Assembly (NCBI GenBank): GCA_035997125.1
Contig: DASYIX010000052.1
Span: 5,752 to 69,751, forward strand
Source: Gemmatimonadales bacterium
GTDB lineage: Bacteria; Gemmatimonadota; Gemmatimonadetes; Gemmatimonadales; GWC2-71-9
DNA: 64,000 bases
Reading direction: 5' to 3'
Notes under the pieces: model-generated
The model's input: only the letters and a program-made list of their open reading frames with translations
The model's database searches: none
Told to the model about the DNA's origin: nothing
Part shown: positions 48,140-57,253 of the stretch, in pieces
Position numbering within the stretch: the stretch's first letter is position 1
Layout of the letters: each line of letters starts with the position of its first letter
Translations under genes and position numbers: made by a program

Positions 48140-48616
48140 ATGCTGCGAGTTGACATACGGGACCTCCAGCGGGGCCCGGTTCGCACCGTCGGGGAGCTCA
48201 GGCCCGACGATCCGGCGTTTGAAGGGCTCGATTTGAATTTGGTCGGTCCGGTGTCGGTCACCGGGCAATTACAGGAAACCAGCGAGGGGGAGTATCTCTG
48301 GCGGGGCAAGGTGCACGGCGTGCTGGAAGGCGAGTGCCGGCGCTGCTTGTCTGAGGTGCAGACCCAACTGGATATCGAGGTGGACGCCGCGGTTTTCAGC
48401 AGCGATCCGGAGGCGGCTGACCACCCCGACTTCTATCCATTGCTGGAACGGGCATCCCACATCGACGTCCGTGATGTGGTACGGGAGGAGTTGGCCCTTG
48501 CCGCTCCCACCCGCCTGTTGCTCTGCCGGGACGATTGTGCGGGCCTCTGTCTCACCTGTGGAGCCGATCTGAACGCGGGACCCTGCGGTTGTTCCGCGCC
48601 CGCCGAACCTGTTTGA
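48140..48616 (+). CDS. yceD: DUF177 / YceD family protein
   Basis: 158 aa acidic protein with CRRC...[15 protein letters not shown]. Conserved position upstream of rpmF-plsX. Confidence 0.8.
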   Translation: MLRVDIRDLQRGPVRTVGELRPDDPAFEGLDLNLVGPVSVTGQLQETSEGEYLWRGKVHGVLEGECRRCLSEVQTQLDIEVDAAVFSSDPEAADHPDFYPLLERASHIDVRDVVREELALAAPTRLLLCRDDCAGLCLTCGADLNAGPCGCSAPAEPV

Positions 48617-48623
48617 GGAAACC

Positions 48624-48806
48624 ATGGCAGTCCCCAAGCGTCGGACGTCGAAATCCCGGAAGCGCCTGCGGCGCGGCCATCACAGCGCGGCGGGCCCCCG
48701 AACCCAGGCGTGTCCGCGGTGCGGCTCTCCCAAACTCTCGCATCACGTCTGCGATTCGTGCGGGTATTACCGGGGGAAGAAGCAGGTCGAGGTCGAGGAC
48801 GTCTGA
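48624..48806 (+). CDS. rpmF: 50S ribosomal protein L32
   Basis: [20 protein letters not shown] and the zinc-ribbon Cys pairs CPRCG...CDSCG. Confidence 0.95.
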   Translation: MAVPKRRTSKSRKRLRRGHHSAAGPRTQACPRCGSPKLSHHVCDSCGYYRGKKQVEVEDV

Positions 48807-48808
48807 GC

Positions 48809-49822
48809 GTGATCCGCGTGGCGGTAGACGCTATGGGGGGCGATCACGCCCCGCAGGCGGAAATCGCCGGCGCGCTCGAGGCCTTGGCCGCCTTTCCCGA
48901 TAAGTTCGTCATCCAGCTGGTTGGACGGTCCGACCTGATCGCTGCCGAGCTGGCAAAGCACCCCGAAGCCGCTCGCAGCGGCCTCGAGATCCACGAGGCG
49001 GCTGAGGTGATCGGCATGGGGGAAAAGCCGCTTGCCGCCGTGAGGAAGAAGCGGAAGTCCAGTATCGTCGTCGGTCTTACCATGCAGGCCGAGGGCCACT
49101 CGGACGCATTTGTCTCCGCCGGGAACACCGGCGCCATCCTCGCAGCATCCACCATGCTGCTCGGGCTGCACGACGGAGTCGAACGAGCTACCGTCGCCAC
49201 CCTCTTTCCTACCGCAAGCCAGCCGGTGCTGGTACTCGACGGCGGTGCCAACGTCGACTGTTCCGCGCGCGAGCTGGTGGGGTTTGCCTACCTCGGCAGC
49301 GTCTACATGCGGGACGTGCAGCGTCGCCCCAGTCCGACCGTCGGATTGCTCAACGTCGGCGAGGAGGATGAGAAGGGCAACGCCGTCACCCGGGAGGCTC
49401 ACAGTCTCCTGAAGAAGAGCGCGCGGCTGCACTACCTGGGGAACATTGAGGGGCGCGATATCGTGGCCGGTCACCACAAATATGGGGAAGTGGATGTGGT
49501 GGTATGCGATGGCTTTGTCGGCAACGTGGTGCTCAAGTTCTACGAATCGGTGGGCCGCCTGATCGTCGGTTTGATCAAGCAGCGGGTGCCCGACCTTCTG
49601 GCGCGACCAGAGCTGAAGGACCTTTTCCGCGTTCTTGACTACTCCACATATGGCGGGGCGCCGCTCCTGGGGGTCAAGGGCGTGTCCATCATCTGCCACG
49701 GCGCCTCCCCATCCAATGCCATCAAGAACGCCATCCGAGTGGCCACCCAGTCGGTGGAGGCTGATCTGAGCAAGCACATCGGCGCCGAGTTCGCTCAGCG
49801 CGAGGCAGCGGGCTCCGCATGA
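48809..49822 (+). CDS. plsX: phosphate acyltransferase
   Basis: IRVAVDAMGGDHAP, VSAGNTGA, GAPLLGVKG. GTG start 2 nt after the rpmF stop. Confidence 0.93.
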   Translation: MIRVAVDAMGGDHAPQAEIAGALEALAAFPDKFVIQLVGRSDLIAAELAKHPEAARSGLEIHEAAEVIGMGEKPLAAVRKKRKSSIVVGLTMQAEGHSDAFVSAGNTGAILAASTMLLGLHDGVERATVATLFPTASQPVLVLDGGANVDCSARELVGFAYLGSVYMRDVQRRPSPTVGLLNVGEEDEKGNAVTREAHSLLKKSARLHYLGNIEGRDIVAGHHKYGEVDVVVCDGFVGNVVLKFYESVGRLIVGLIKQRVPDLLARPELKDLFRVLDYSTYGGAPLLGVKGVSIICHGASPSNAIKNAIRVATQSVEADLSKHIGAEFAQREAAGSA

Positions 49823-50814
49823 TCCGACGTCCGTTTGCCGAGATGGTCAGCGTCGGCGTCGCGGTTCCGCCGGATGTTCTGACCAATGACGATCTAAGCC
49901 ACATGCTCGACACCTCGGACCAGTGGATCGTCGAGCGGACCGGCATCCGGGAGCGCCACATAGCCCGGCCCGATCACTCGGTGGCCATGCTGAGCTGCGA
50001 AGCCAGCGTGAAGGCCTTGGATCAGGCCGGTCTCACCGCGAAGGACATCGACGTAATCGTGCTGGCCACCGCGACTCCGGACCGCTTGCTGCCCTCCACC
50101 GCCTGCGATCTCCAGGCCTTGTTGGGCGCGGACCAGGCGGTAGCCTTCGACATCTCGGCCGCCTGCCCTGGCTTCGTCTTTGCCACCAGCGTGGCCGAAG
50201 GACTGATCGCCTCGGGCCAGGGCGAAGTGGTGCTCGTGGTGGGCGCCGAAAAGCTCTCCACGATCACCGACTTCAAGGACCGATCCACCGCGATTCTCTT
50301 CGGCGACGGCGCTGGAGCAGCCGTGGTGCGCCGCAATTCGGAGGGCAGCCGACGGGGCATTCTCTCCACCTTTCTCCGCTCCGACGGAAAGCTGGCACCG
50401 CTGTTGTATATCCCGGGTGGCGGCGCGGCCGATCCGATCAGCGAGAAAGTGGTGTGCGAGCGATCCCATTTCATGAAGATGGCGGGCCGGGAAGTCTTCA
50501 AAGCGGCGGTCCTGGCAATGTCCGAGGCCTGCGATGAAGCTTTGCGCCGCGCCGGGGTTACCGCCGACGAGGTGGATCTTCTGATTCCACATCAGGCCAA
50601 CGTCCGGATTATCGAGGCCACGGCCAAGCATGCCGGCATGCCGATGGACAAGGTGATGGTCAACGTGGACCGTTACGGCAACACCTCCTCGGCCTCTATC
50701 CCGCTCGCGCTGGACCAGGCGATCAGCGAGGGGCGGGTGAAACCCGGCTCCCTCCTGCTGCTGGTCGCCTTCGGCGCCGGCTTTACCTGGGGCAGCGCCG
50801 TCATCCGGTGGTGA
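49819..50814 (+). CDS. fabH: 3-oxoacyl-ACP synthase III
   Basis: Active-site ISAACPGF, HQANVRII, GNTSSASIPLAL. Confidence 0.95.
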   Translation: MIRRPFAEMVSVGVAVPPDVLTNDDLSHMLDTSDQWIVERTGIRERHIARPDHSVAMLSCEASVKALDQAGLTAKDIDVIVLATATPDRLLPSTACDLQALLGADQAVAFDISAACPGFVFATSVAEGLIASGQGEVVLVVGAEKLSTITDFKDRSTAILFGDGAGAAVVRRNSEGSRRGILSTFLRSDGKLAPLLYIPGGGAADPISEKVVCERSHFMKMAGREVFKAAVLAMSEACDEALRRAGVTADEVDLLIPHQANVRIIEATAKHAGMPMDKVMVNVDRYGNTSSASIPLALDQAISEGRVKPGSLLLLVAFGAGFTWGSAVIRW

Positions 50815-51755
50815 CCGTGCTGATGTGCCCCGGCCAGGGTGCACAAAAGGTCGGCATGGGGAAGGATCTCGCCGAACGATTTCCCGAGGCCCAGGCGGTC
50901 TTCGAGGCTATCGACGATGCGCTCGGCACCCGGCTTTCCCGGCTGATGTGGGAAGGTCCCGAGGACGAGCTCACCCTCACCCACAACGCCCAACCCGCCA
51001 TCCTTGCCCATTCCGTTGCCGTTCTCTCCGTGGTTCGCCGGCGGCTCGACTCCCCTGGCGCGGCTGCAGGCCATAGTCTGGGTGAGTACAGCGCCCATGT
51101 CGCTGCCGGCACCTTGAGCAACGTGGACGCTGCTCGGCTGGTGCGCCGGCGGGGCGAGCTGATGCTGGCGGCTGGGAAGCAGCGCCCCGGGGCGATGGCG
51201 GCCGTGCTCGGCCTGGCGACAGCGGAGGTCCAAAGTGCCTGCGACGAATCCTCCGGTCCCGATGGACTCGCGGTTCCCGCCAATCTGAATGCGCCCGACC
51301 AGACCGTCATCTCCGGCGATCCGGAAGGCGTCAACCGGGCCGGCGAGCGCTGCAAGGCCCGGGGTGCCAAACGGGTGATCCCGCTCAAGGTGAGTGGCGC
51401 CTTCCATTCGCCGCTCATGGCCCCCGCGGTCGACGGCCTGCGCGAGGCGCTCGCCGAGGCCGCTTTTGCCGACCCCGCGTTCCCGGTCATCGCTAACGCC
51501 AGCGGTGAGACGGTGCGGACCGGGGTGGACGCCAAACGGCTGCTTGCCGACCAGTTGACGGCTCCGGTGCGCTGGGTGGCCTGCATGCAGGGCGCCGCCG
51601 AGATAGCACCCGACGCAACCTTCGTCGAGATCGGGCCCGGAAACGTGTTGGCCGGTCTGCTGAAGCGCATCGTCCCTGGGGCCCGGGCGATCAGCCTGGG
51701 GACCGCCGATGAAGTGGAGAAATTCCTCCGGCTGGCAACCGTAGATCGCGGATGA
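50808..51755 (+). CDS. fabD: malonyl-CoA-ACP transacylase
   Basis: CPGQGAQKVGMG, GHSLGEYSA, VSGAFHSPLM. Confidence 0.95.
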   Translation: MVTVLMCPGQGAQKVGMGKDLAERFPEAQAVFEAIDDALGTRLSRLMWEGPEDELTLTHNAQPAILAHSVAVLSVVRRRLDSPGAAAGHSLGEYSAHVAAGTLSNVDAARLVRRRGELMLAAGKQRPGAMAAVLGLATAEVQSACDESSGPDGLAVPANLNAPDQTVISGDPEGVNRAGERCKARGAKRVIPLKVSGAFHSPLMAPAVDGLREALAEAAFADPAFPVIANASGETVRTGVDAKRLLADQLTAPVRWVACMQGAAEIAPDATFVEIGPGNVLAGLLKRIVPGARAISLGTADEVEKFLRLATVDRG

Positions 51756-52492
51756 CTGCCATTGATCTCTCGGGGAAGGCCGCGTTCGTCACCGGCAGCA
51801 CCCGCGGCATCGGCCTCGCAATCGCCCAGGCGCTCCATGGTGCCGGGGCCAAGGTGGCCGTCGTCGGCCGGGATCTCGCACGCGCGCGCGCGGTTGCCTC
51901 CGGCCTTGGCCCCCGGGCCGCCGGAGTTGCTTGTGACGTGGCTCAGTCCGACCAGGTTGAGGCCGGCATCGGCGCGGCCGAAGCGGCGCTCGGACCGATC
52001 GATATCCTGGTCAATAACGCGGGACTCACCCGCGACAACATTCTGCTGCGGCTAACCGAGGACGATTGGGATACCGTGCTGGACGCCAATTTGAAGGGCG
52101 CCTTTCACACGACCAGGGCAACGATCAAGGGAATGATGAAGCGGCGAGCCGGCCGCATCATCAATATCACCAGCATCGTAGGCTTGACTGGCAACAAGGG
52201 CCAGGCCAACTACGCCGCGAGCAAGGCGGGACTTATCGGGTTCACCAAGTCGGTCGCGAAGGAGTACGCCAGCCGGAATATCCTGGCCAATTGCATCGCC
52301 CCAGGCTTCATCGAGACCGATATGACGGCCTCCTTGCCCGATGCAGCGCGAGCCTCATTATTAGAGCAGATCGCGCTGGGCCGCCTGGGCCGGCCCGAGG
52401 ACGTCGCAGGGGCCGTGCTGTTTCTGGCTTCCGATCTGGCGGGATACATTACTGGCCAGGTCCTGGTAGTTGACGGTGGAATGGTGATCTGA
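51752..52492 (+). CDS. fabG: 3-oxoacyl-ACP reductase
   Basis: VTGSTRGIGLAIA, NNAG, YAASKAG, and the tail GQVLVVDGGM. Confidence 0.93.
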   Translation: MTAIDLSGKAAFVTGSTRGIGLAIAQALHGAGAKVAVVGRDLARARAVASGLGPRAAGVACDVAQSDQVEAGIGAAEAALGPIDILVNNAGLTRDNILLRLTEDDWDTVLDANLKGAFHTTRATIKGMMKRRAGRIINITSIVGLTGNKGQANYAASKAGLIGFTKSVAKEYASRNILANCIAPGFIETDMTASLPDAARASLLEQIALGRLGRPEDVAGAVLFLASDLAGYITGQVLVVDGGMVI

Positions 52493-52522
52493 GGCGGACC
52501 GCAATCTTCAATCGAGGGCGAC

Positions 52523-52762
52523 ATGGCAAACGTGGAAGAGAAGGTCAAAGATATCATCGTCGAAGAGCTCGGGGTCGAGCGCGAGAAGCTGACCAGCGAC
52601 GCCAGCTTCATGGAAGACCTCGGCGCCGATAGCCTCGATACCGTCGAGCTGGTCATGGCATTCGAGAAGGAGTTCGACATCGATATCCCCGACGAGGAGG
52701 CGGAGAAGCTTCGCACCGTCGGCGATGCCATGTCCTATCTCCATGAGAAAATCGGAAAATAG
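52523..52762 (+). CDS. acpP: acyl carrier protein
   Basis: 79 aa. [17 protein letters not shown] phosphopantetheine site. Confidence 0.97.
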   Translation: MANVEEKVKDIIVEELGVEREKLTSDASFMEDLGADSLDTVELVMAFEKEFDIDIPDEEAEKLRTVGDAMSYLHEKIGK

Positions 52763-52763
52763 G

Positions 52764-54005
52764 TTGACCCACCGTGTCGTCGTCACCGGCCTCGGGCTGG
52801 TGACACCCGTCGGAACCGACGTCGAATCGACCTGGCAGGGGCTGCTCGCCGGCCGCTCCGGCGCGGCCCCGATCACCAAGTTCGACGCCTCCAATCAGCA
52901 GGTCCGCTTTGCCTGCGAGGTGAAGGGGTTCGATCCGCTGCAGTACATCGACAAGAAGGAAGCCCGCCGGTACGATCTGTTTGCCCAGCTCGCCATCGCC
53001 GCCGCTCACCAGGCCATCACCCAGGCCGGCCTCGAGGGGCAATTCCCCTCGCCGGAGCGCACCGGCGTCGTCATTGGCAGCGGCATCGGCGGCATGCAGA
53101 CCTACGAAGAGAACTGCAGGCTCTATGTCACCAAGGGGCCGGACCGGGTCTCGCCCTTCTTCGTCCCGATGTTCATCCCCGACATCGCGGCTGGCCTGGT
53201 CTCCATCCGCTTTGGGCTGAAAGGCCCCAATTTCGCCACGGTGTCGGCCTGTGCATCCTCGGCACATGCCATCGGCGAATCATTCAACATGATCCGCCAC
53301 GGCGCCGCGGATGCCATGGTGAGCGGCGGATCGGAGGGCGCAATCACCGGGCTCACCGTCGCGGCGTTCGCCAACATGAAGGCGCTGTCCACCCGCAACG
53401 ATTCCCCCCAGACGGCTAGCCGGCCCTTCGACAAGGACCGCGATGGGTTCGTGCTGGGGGACGGCGGCGCCATAGTGGTGCTGGAGAGCCTGGAGCACGC
53501 GGAGCGGCGGGGCGCGCGAATCCTGGGCGAGGTGCTGGGCTATGGGCTGAGCGGGGATGCATACCACATCACGTCGCCGGCTGAAGACGGTGAAGGGGCC
53601 CAGCGCGCCATTCGCAGCTGCCTCGACGACGGCAAGATCGACCTCAAGGACGTGGGCTACATCAACGCCCATGGTACGTCCACGCCGCAAGGCGATATCG
53701 CGGAGACCAGAGCGGTCAAGGCGGTCTTCGGTGAGCAGGCGCGTAAGCTGGTTTTCGGGTCGACCAAGTCCATGACCGGTCACCTCCTTGGCGGCGCCGG
53801 CGCGCTCGAATTCGTCGTGTCGCTGCTGGCCTCCACCTGCGGTGTCATCCCACCCACCATCAACCAGTTCACTCCCGACCCCGAGTGCGACCTCAACTCC
53901 GCGCCAAACCGTAAAGTGGAGCGTCGAGTGGATGTCGCGCTTTCTAACTCCTTCGGCTTCGGCGGCCACAACGTCACCCTCGCGGTGCGCCGCTGGGAGA
54001 CGTAG
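52764..54005 (+). CDS. fabF: 3-oxoacyl-ACP synthase II
   Basis: RVVVTGLG, ACASSAHAI, HGTSTPQGD, GHLLGGAG, FGFGGHN. TTG 52764 gives the canonical N-terminal length. Alternative ATG 52743 overlaps acpP. Confidence 0.93.
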   Translation: MTHRVVVTGLGLVTPVGTDVESTWQGLLAGRSGAAPITKFDASNQQVRFACEVKGFDPLQYIDKKEARRYDLFAQLAIAAAHQAITQAGLEGQFPSPERTGVVIGSGIGGMQTYEENCRLYVTKGPDRVSPFFVPMFIPDIAAGLVSIRFGLKGPNFATVSACASSAHAIGESFNMIRHGAADAMVSGGSEGAITGLTVAAFANMKALSTRNDSPQTASRPFDKDRDGFVLGDGGAIVVLESLEHAERRGARILGEVLGYGLSGDAYHITSPAEDGEGAQRAIRSCLDDGKIDLKDVGYINAHGTSTPQGDIAETRAVKAVFGEQARKLVFGSTKSMTGHLLGGAGALEFVVSLLASTCGVIPPTINQFTPDPECDLNSAPNRKVERRVDVALSNSFGFGGHNVTLAVRRWET

Positions 54006-54164
54006 TAAACATCGCGTCCTTGTGTCTGAGTCCCACCTGACGTCCCCTCCTCCCATCGCTAACTCATAGCTCACCTCCCGGAACGCTGGGTGGTGGGGTA
54101 GCTGCGACCATTATAAGTTTCCTCGAGTCAGGAGCTGTTACTTTCTCCAGTTCAAGGAGATACG

Positions 54165-55361
54165 ATGGCGGGTGGACTCGCTCTGGTACGCCTCCGGGAC
54201 CCTCTCCTGCGTCCAATTGCCGAGAAGGTGACGGCAGCCGAACGCCTGAGTCCGGAGGACGGCTTGGCACTCTACGGGACCTCTGATCTCCTGGGTCTCG
54301 GTAGCTTGGCCGAGTTCGCCAATGCTCGGCTCAACGGCGATCGGGTCTTCTTTTCCGCCAACCAGCACATCAACCCCACGAACGTGTGCATTCTCCGGAA
54401 CACCTGCACCTTCTGTTCCTTTGCCCGGATGCCGAAGGAAGCGGGAGCCTACACCCGCTCGTTGGAAGAGGTCTTCCATGAGGCGGAGCAAGCCACCGGC
54501 ATGCCGACCAGCGAGTTTCACATCGTGGGCGGACTCCATCCCAAGCTCCGCCTGAGCTACTACACCGACATGATCCGGGGGCTCAAGCAACGCCACCCCC
54601 ACGTGCATGTGAAGGCCCTCACCGCGGTGGAGATCGCCCATCTCGCTCGCATCGAGAAGCTCTCCGAGCGCGAGGTGCTCATCGCCATGAAGGAGGCGGG
54701 GCTCACCAGTCTTCCCGGTGGCGGGGCCGAGGTATTCAGCACCGCGGTGCGTGCCACCATCGCGGAGCGGAAGCTCACCGGTGAAGAGTGGCTGCGGGTC
54801 CACCGCACGGCGCACGAGCTGGGGATCCCCACCAACTGCACCATGCTCTACGGCCATGTGGAGACGGCCACCGATCGGATCGAGCACCTGCAGATGCTGC
54901 GGACGCTACAGGATGAGACCGGTGGCTTCCTGACCTACATTCCCCTGGCCTATCACCCCGACCATAACGAGCTGGGCGAGGAGATGGGCCGAGTCGGCAC
55001 CGCGACGACGGGATATGAGGACCTCAAGAACATCGCAGTGGGCCGTCTATACCTCGACAATATCCCCCACGTGAAAACCCATTGGCCCATGGTGACGCCG
55101 TTCCTCTCCCAGATTGCGCTCAGCTTCGGGTGTGACGATGTCGAGGGGACGGTGGTCTATGAGCGGATCTATCACGAGGCTGGCGCCCACACCGCGATGC
55201 ACCTGCCTTACCTGGATCTGGTCCGTCTGATCCGTGGGGCGGGGAAGCGCCCGGTGGAGCGGGATAGTCTCTACCGATCGGTTCGGGAAACCTTCGACGA
55301 GCCGCCTCCAGAGCCCTCCTTCAGGCGCGGGGCCACCTTGCCGGTGGTGCACGCCGCATGA
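54165..55361 (+). CDS. mqnE: radical SAM menaquinone (futalosine pathway) enzyme, probably aminofutalosine synthase
   Basis: NPTNVC....CTFCSF, HIVGGLHP, LPGGGAEVF, TMLYGH, ETGGFLTYIPL. The CSF/IPL pattern resembles MqnE rather than MqnC, from recalled sequences only. The cluster motif is CX5CX2C. Confidence 0.65.
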   Translation: MAGGLALVRLRDPLLRPIAEKVTAAERLSPEDGLALYGTSDLLGLGSLAEFANARLNGDRVFFSANQHINPTNVCILRNTCTFCSFARMPKEAGAYTRSLEEVFHEAEQATGMPTSEFHIVGGLHPKLRLSYYTDMIRGLKQRHPHVHVKALTAVEIAHLARIEKLSEREVLIAMKEAGLTSLPGGGAEVFSTAVRATIAERKLTGEEWLRVHRTAHELGIPTNCTMLYGHVETATDRIEHLQMLRTLQDETGGFLTYIPLAYHPDHNELGEEMGRVGTATTGYEDLKNIAVGRLYLDNIPHVKTHWPMVTPFLSQIALSFGCDDVEGTVVYERIYHEAGAHTAMHLPYLDLVRLIRGAGKRPVERDSLYRSVRETFDEPPPEPSFRRGATLPVVHAA

Positions 55362-56179
55362 AGCTCGGACGGATTCCCTGGATCAACTGCTACCCGGTCT
55401 ACGGCGCCATCGATCGGGGGCTGGTGAGTCTGCCGGCTGACCTGGTCTCGGGCACTGCGTCGGAGCTCAATGACTTGCTCGCCGCGGGAGCGCTGCAGGT
55501 CAGCGCCGTCTCCGCTGTCGAATACGCTCGGAATGCCGCCATGTATCACTTGTTGCCCGACCTTGCCATCACCTGCGACGGCCCGGTGCACAGCGTGGCT
55601 CTCTTCTCCAAGCGGCCGGTCGAGGATCTCACCGGTTGTACCGTACTGCTCAGTGCTTCCTCCCGCACCTCGGTGCTGCTGCTGGGGCTGTTTTGCCGTC
55701 ATCGGTGGGGGATCCATCCCCAGTTCGCGACCGCCCGCGCGGAGGCGCCCGATCTCACCTCGCTTGCTGCCCTCCCGCACGAAGCGGTGCTGGTCATCGG
55801 AGACGCGGCCCTGCACCTCTCGACCCAATCGGTGTATCCGGTTCGGGTCGACCTTGGCGCGGAATGGAAGGACTGGACCGGACTCCCGTTCGTCTTTGCC
55901 GTCTGGGCCGCTCGGCGGGATGCGCCGGCAGCAGGGGTGAGAGCGGTGCACCGCCGGCTGCTCGAATCGCGGGCCTGGGGACTCGGCCATTTGGACGAGC
56001 TGGCGGCCGCGGCCGCCCTCAACACCGGCGTCGCGGAGACTGTTTGCCGGTCCTATCTGGGCGATCTCGACTACGCCCTTTCCTATCGCCATCTCGCAGG
56101 GCTTACCGATTTCTTCCGTCGGCTGGCGCAGGAAGGGATGGTGCCGGATGGGTCATTGTCCTTTATCTCAGCGGCGTAA
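55358..56179 (+). CDS. mqnA: chorismate dehydratase (MqnA family)
   Basis: KLGRIPWINCYPV, VSAVSAVEY, VIGDAAL, DLGAEWKDWTGLPFVFAVW typical of VitK2_biosynth/MqnA. Confidence 0.8.
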   Translation: MKLGRIPWINCYPVYGAIDRGLVSLPADLVSGTASELNDLLAAGALQVSAVSAVEYARNAAMYHLLPDLAITCDGPVHSVALFSKRPVEDLTGCTVLLSASSRTSVLLLGLFCRHRWGIHPQFATARAEAPDLTSLAALPHEAVLVIGDAALHLSTQSVYPVRVDLGAEWKDWTGLPFVFAVWAARRDAPAAGVRAVHRRLLESRAWGLGHLDELAAAAALNTGVAETVCRSYLGDLDYALSYRHLAGLTDFFRRLAQEGMVPDGSLSFISAA

Positions 56180-56191
56180 GAGCCTGATACG

Positions 56192-57253
56192 ATGAGCGTT
56201 GTAGACCGCACCTCAAGCGAATTCAAAGACTACCTCCAGCTCTACGAACGGGCCAGTCTCCTCGAGCTGGGCCAGCTGGCAGATGCCGAACGGTGGCGGA
56301 TGCACCCGGAAAACGTGGTCACCTACATCATCGACCGGAACATCAACTACACCAACGTGTGCGTCGCCGATTGCAAGTTCTGCGCGTTCTATCGCCGGCC
56401 CAAACACGCCGAAGGTTACGTGCTCAGCTTCGAGCAGATCGGCGCCAAGATCGACGAGTGCAAGGCCATTGGCGGAGTGCAGATCCTGCTGCAGGGCGGC
56501 CATAACCCCTACATCCCGTTCGAGTGGTATCTGGAGCTGATGCGCTACATCAAGCAGCATCATGCGATTCACATCCACGGGTTCTCGCCCTCCGAGGTGG
56601 TCTTCTTCAGCGAGCGCTTCGGGCTGTCCGTGGCCGACGTGATCCGGGAGCTCCACTCGGCTGGTCTGGACAGCATTCCCGGCGGTGGCGGCGAGATCCT
56701 GGTGGATGAGATCCGCCAACGGGTTGCGAAGAAGAAAGCTCAAACCGAGGAGTGGCTCGGAGTCCAGGAAGAGGCCCACCGGCAGGGGATGAAGACTTCG
56801 GTGACCATGATGTACGGCCTGGGTGAGACCAACGCCGACCGGATCGAGCATCTCTTCCGGGTCCGCGAGCTCCAGGCCCGCACCGGCGGGTTCACCGCCT
56901 TCATCTGCTGGCCACTCCAGCCGGAGGGGACCGACATGGCGGATCAGGTAAAGACCGACGCCGTCGCCTACCTCCGTACTCTGGCGATGGGTCGCATTGT
57001 CTGCGACAATGTTCCCAACCTCCAGTCGTCCTGGGTGACCATGGGGCTGAAGGTCGGGCAGGTTGCCTTGCGGTTTGGCGCCAACGACTTCGGCAGCCTG
57101 ATGATGGAGGAGAACGTGGTCTCTTCGGCCGGAACTACCCACCGCGCCACGATCGAGGAGATGGAGCGCTGCATCCGCGACGCCGGCTACGAGGTGCGGC
57201 GGCGCCGGCAGGACTATTCCATCATCGGCGAGCCCACGACCGTGGCCGCATGA
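56192..57253 (+). CDS. mqnC: radical SAM menaquinone (futalosine pathway) enzyme, probably cyclic dehypoxanthinyl futalosine synthase
   Basis: DRNINYTNVCVADCKFCAFYRRP (CX3CX2C), LLQGGHNP, IPGGGGEIL, TMMYG, TGGFTAFICWPLQ. Confidence 0.65.
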   Translation: MSVVDRTSSEFKDYLQLYERASLLELGQLADAERWRMHPENVVTYIIDRNINYTNVCVADCKFCAFYRRPKHAEGYVLSFEQIGAKIDECKAIGGVQILLQGGHNPYIPFEWYLELMRYIKQHHAIHIHGFSPSEVVFFSERFGLSVADVIRELHSAGLDSIPGGGGEILVDEIRQRVAKKKAQTEEWLGVQEEAHRQGMKTSVTMMYGLGETNADRIEHLFRVRELQARTGGFTAFICWPLQPEGTDMADQVKTDAVAYLRTLAMGRIVCDNVPNLQSSWVTMGLKVGQVALRFGANDFGSLMMEENVVSSAGTTHRATIEEMERCIRDAGYEVRRRRQDYSIIGEPTTVAA

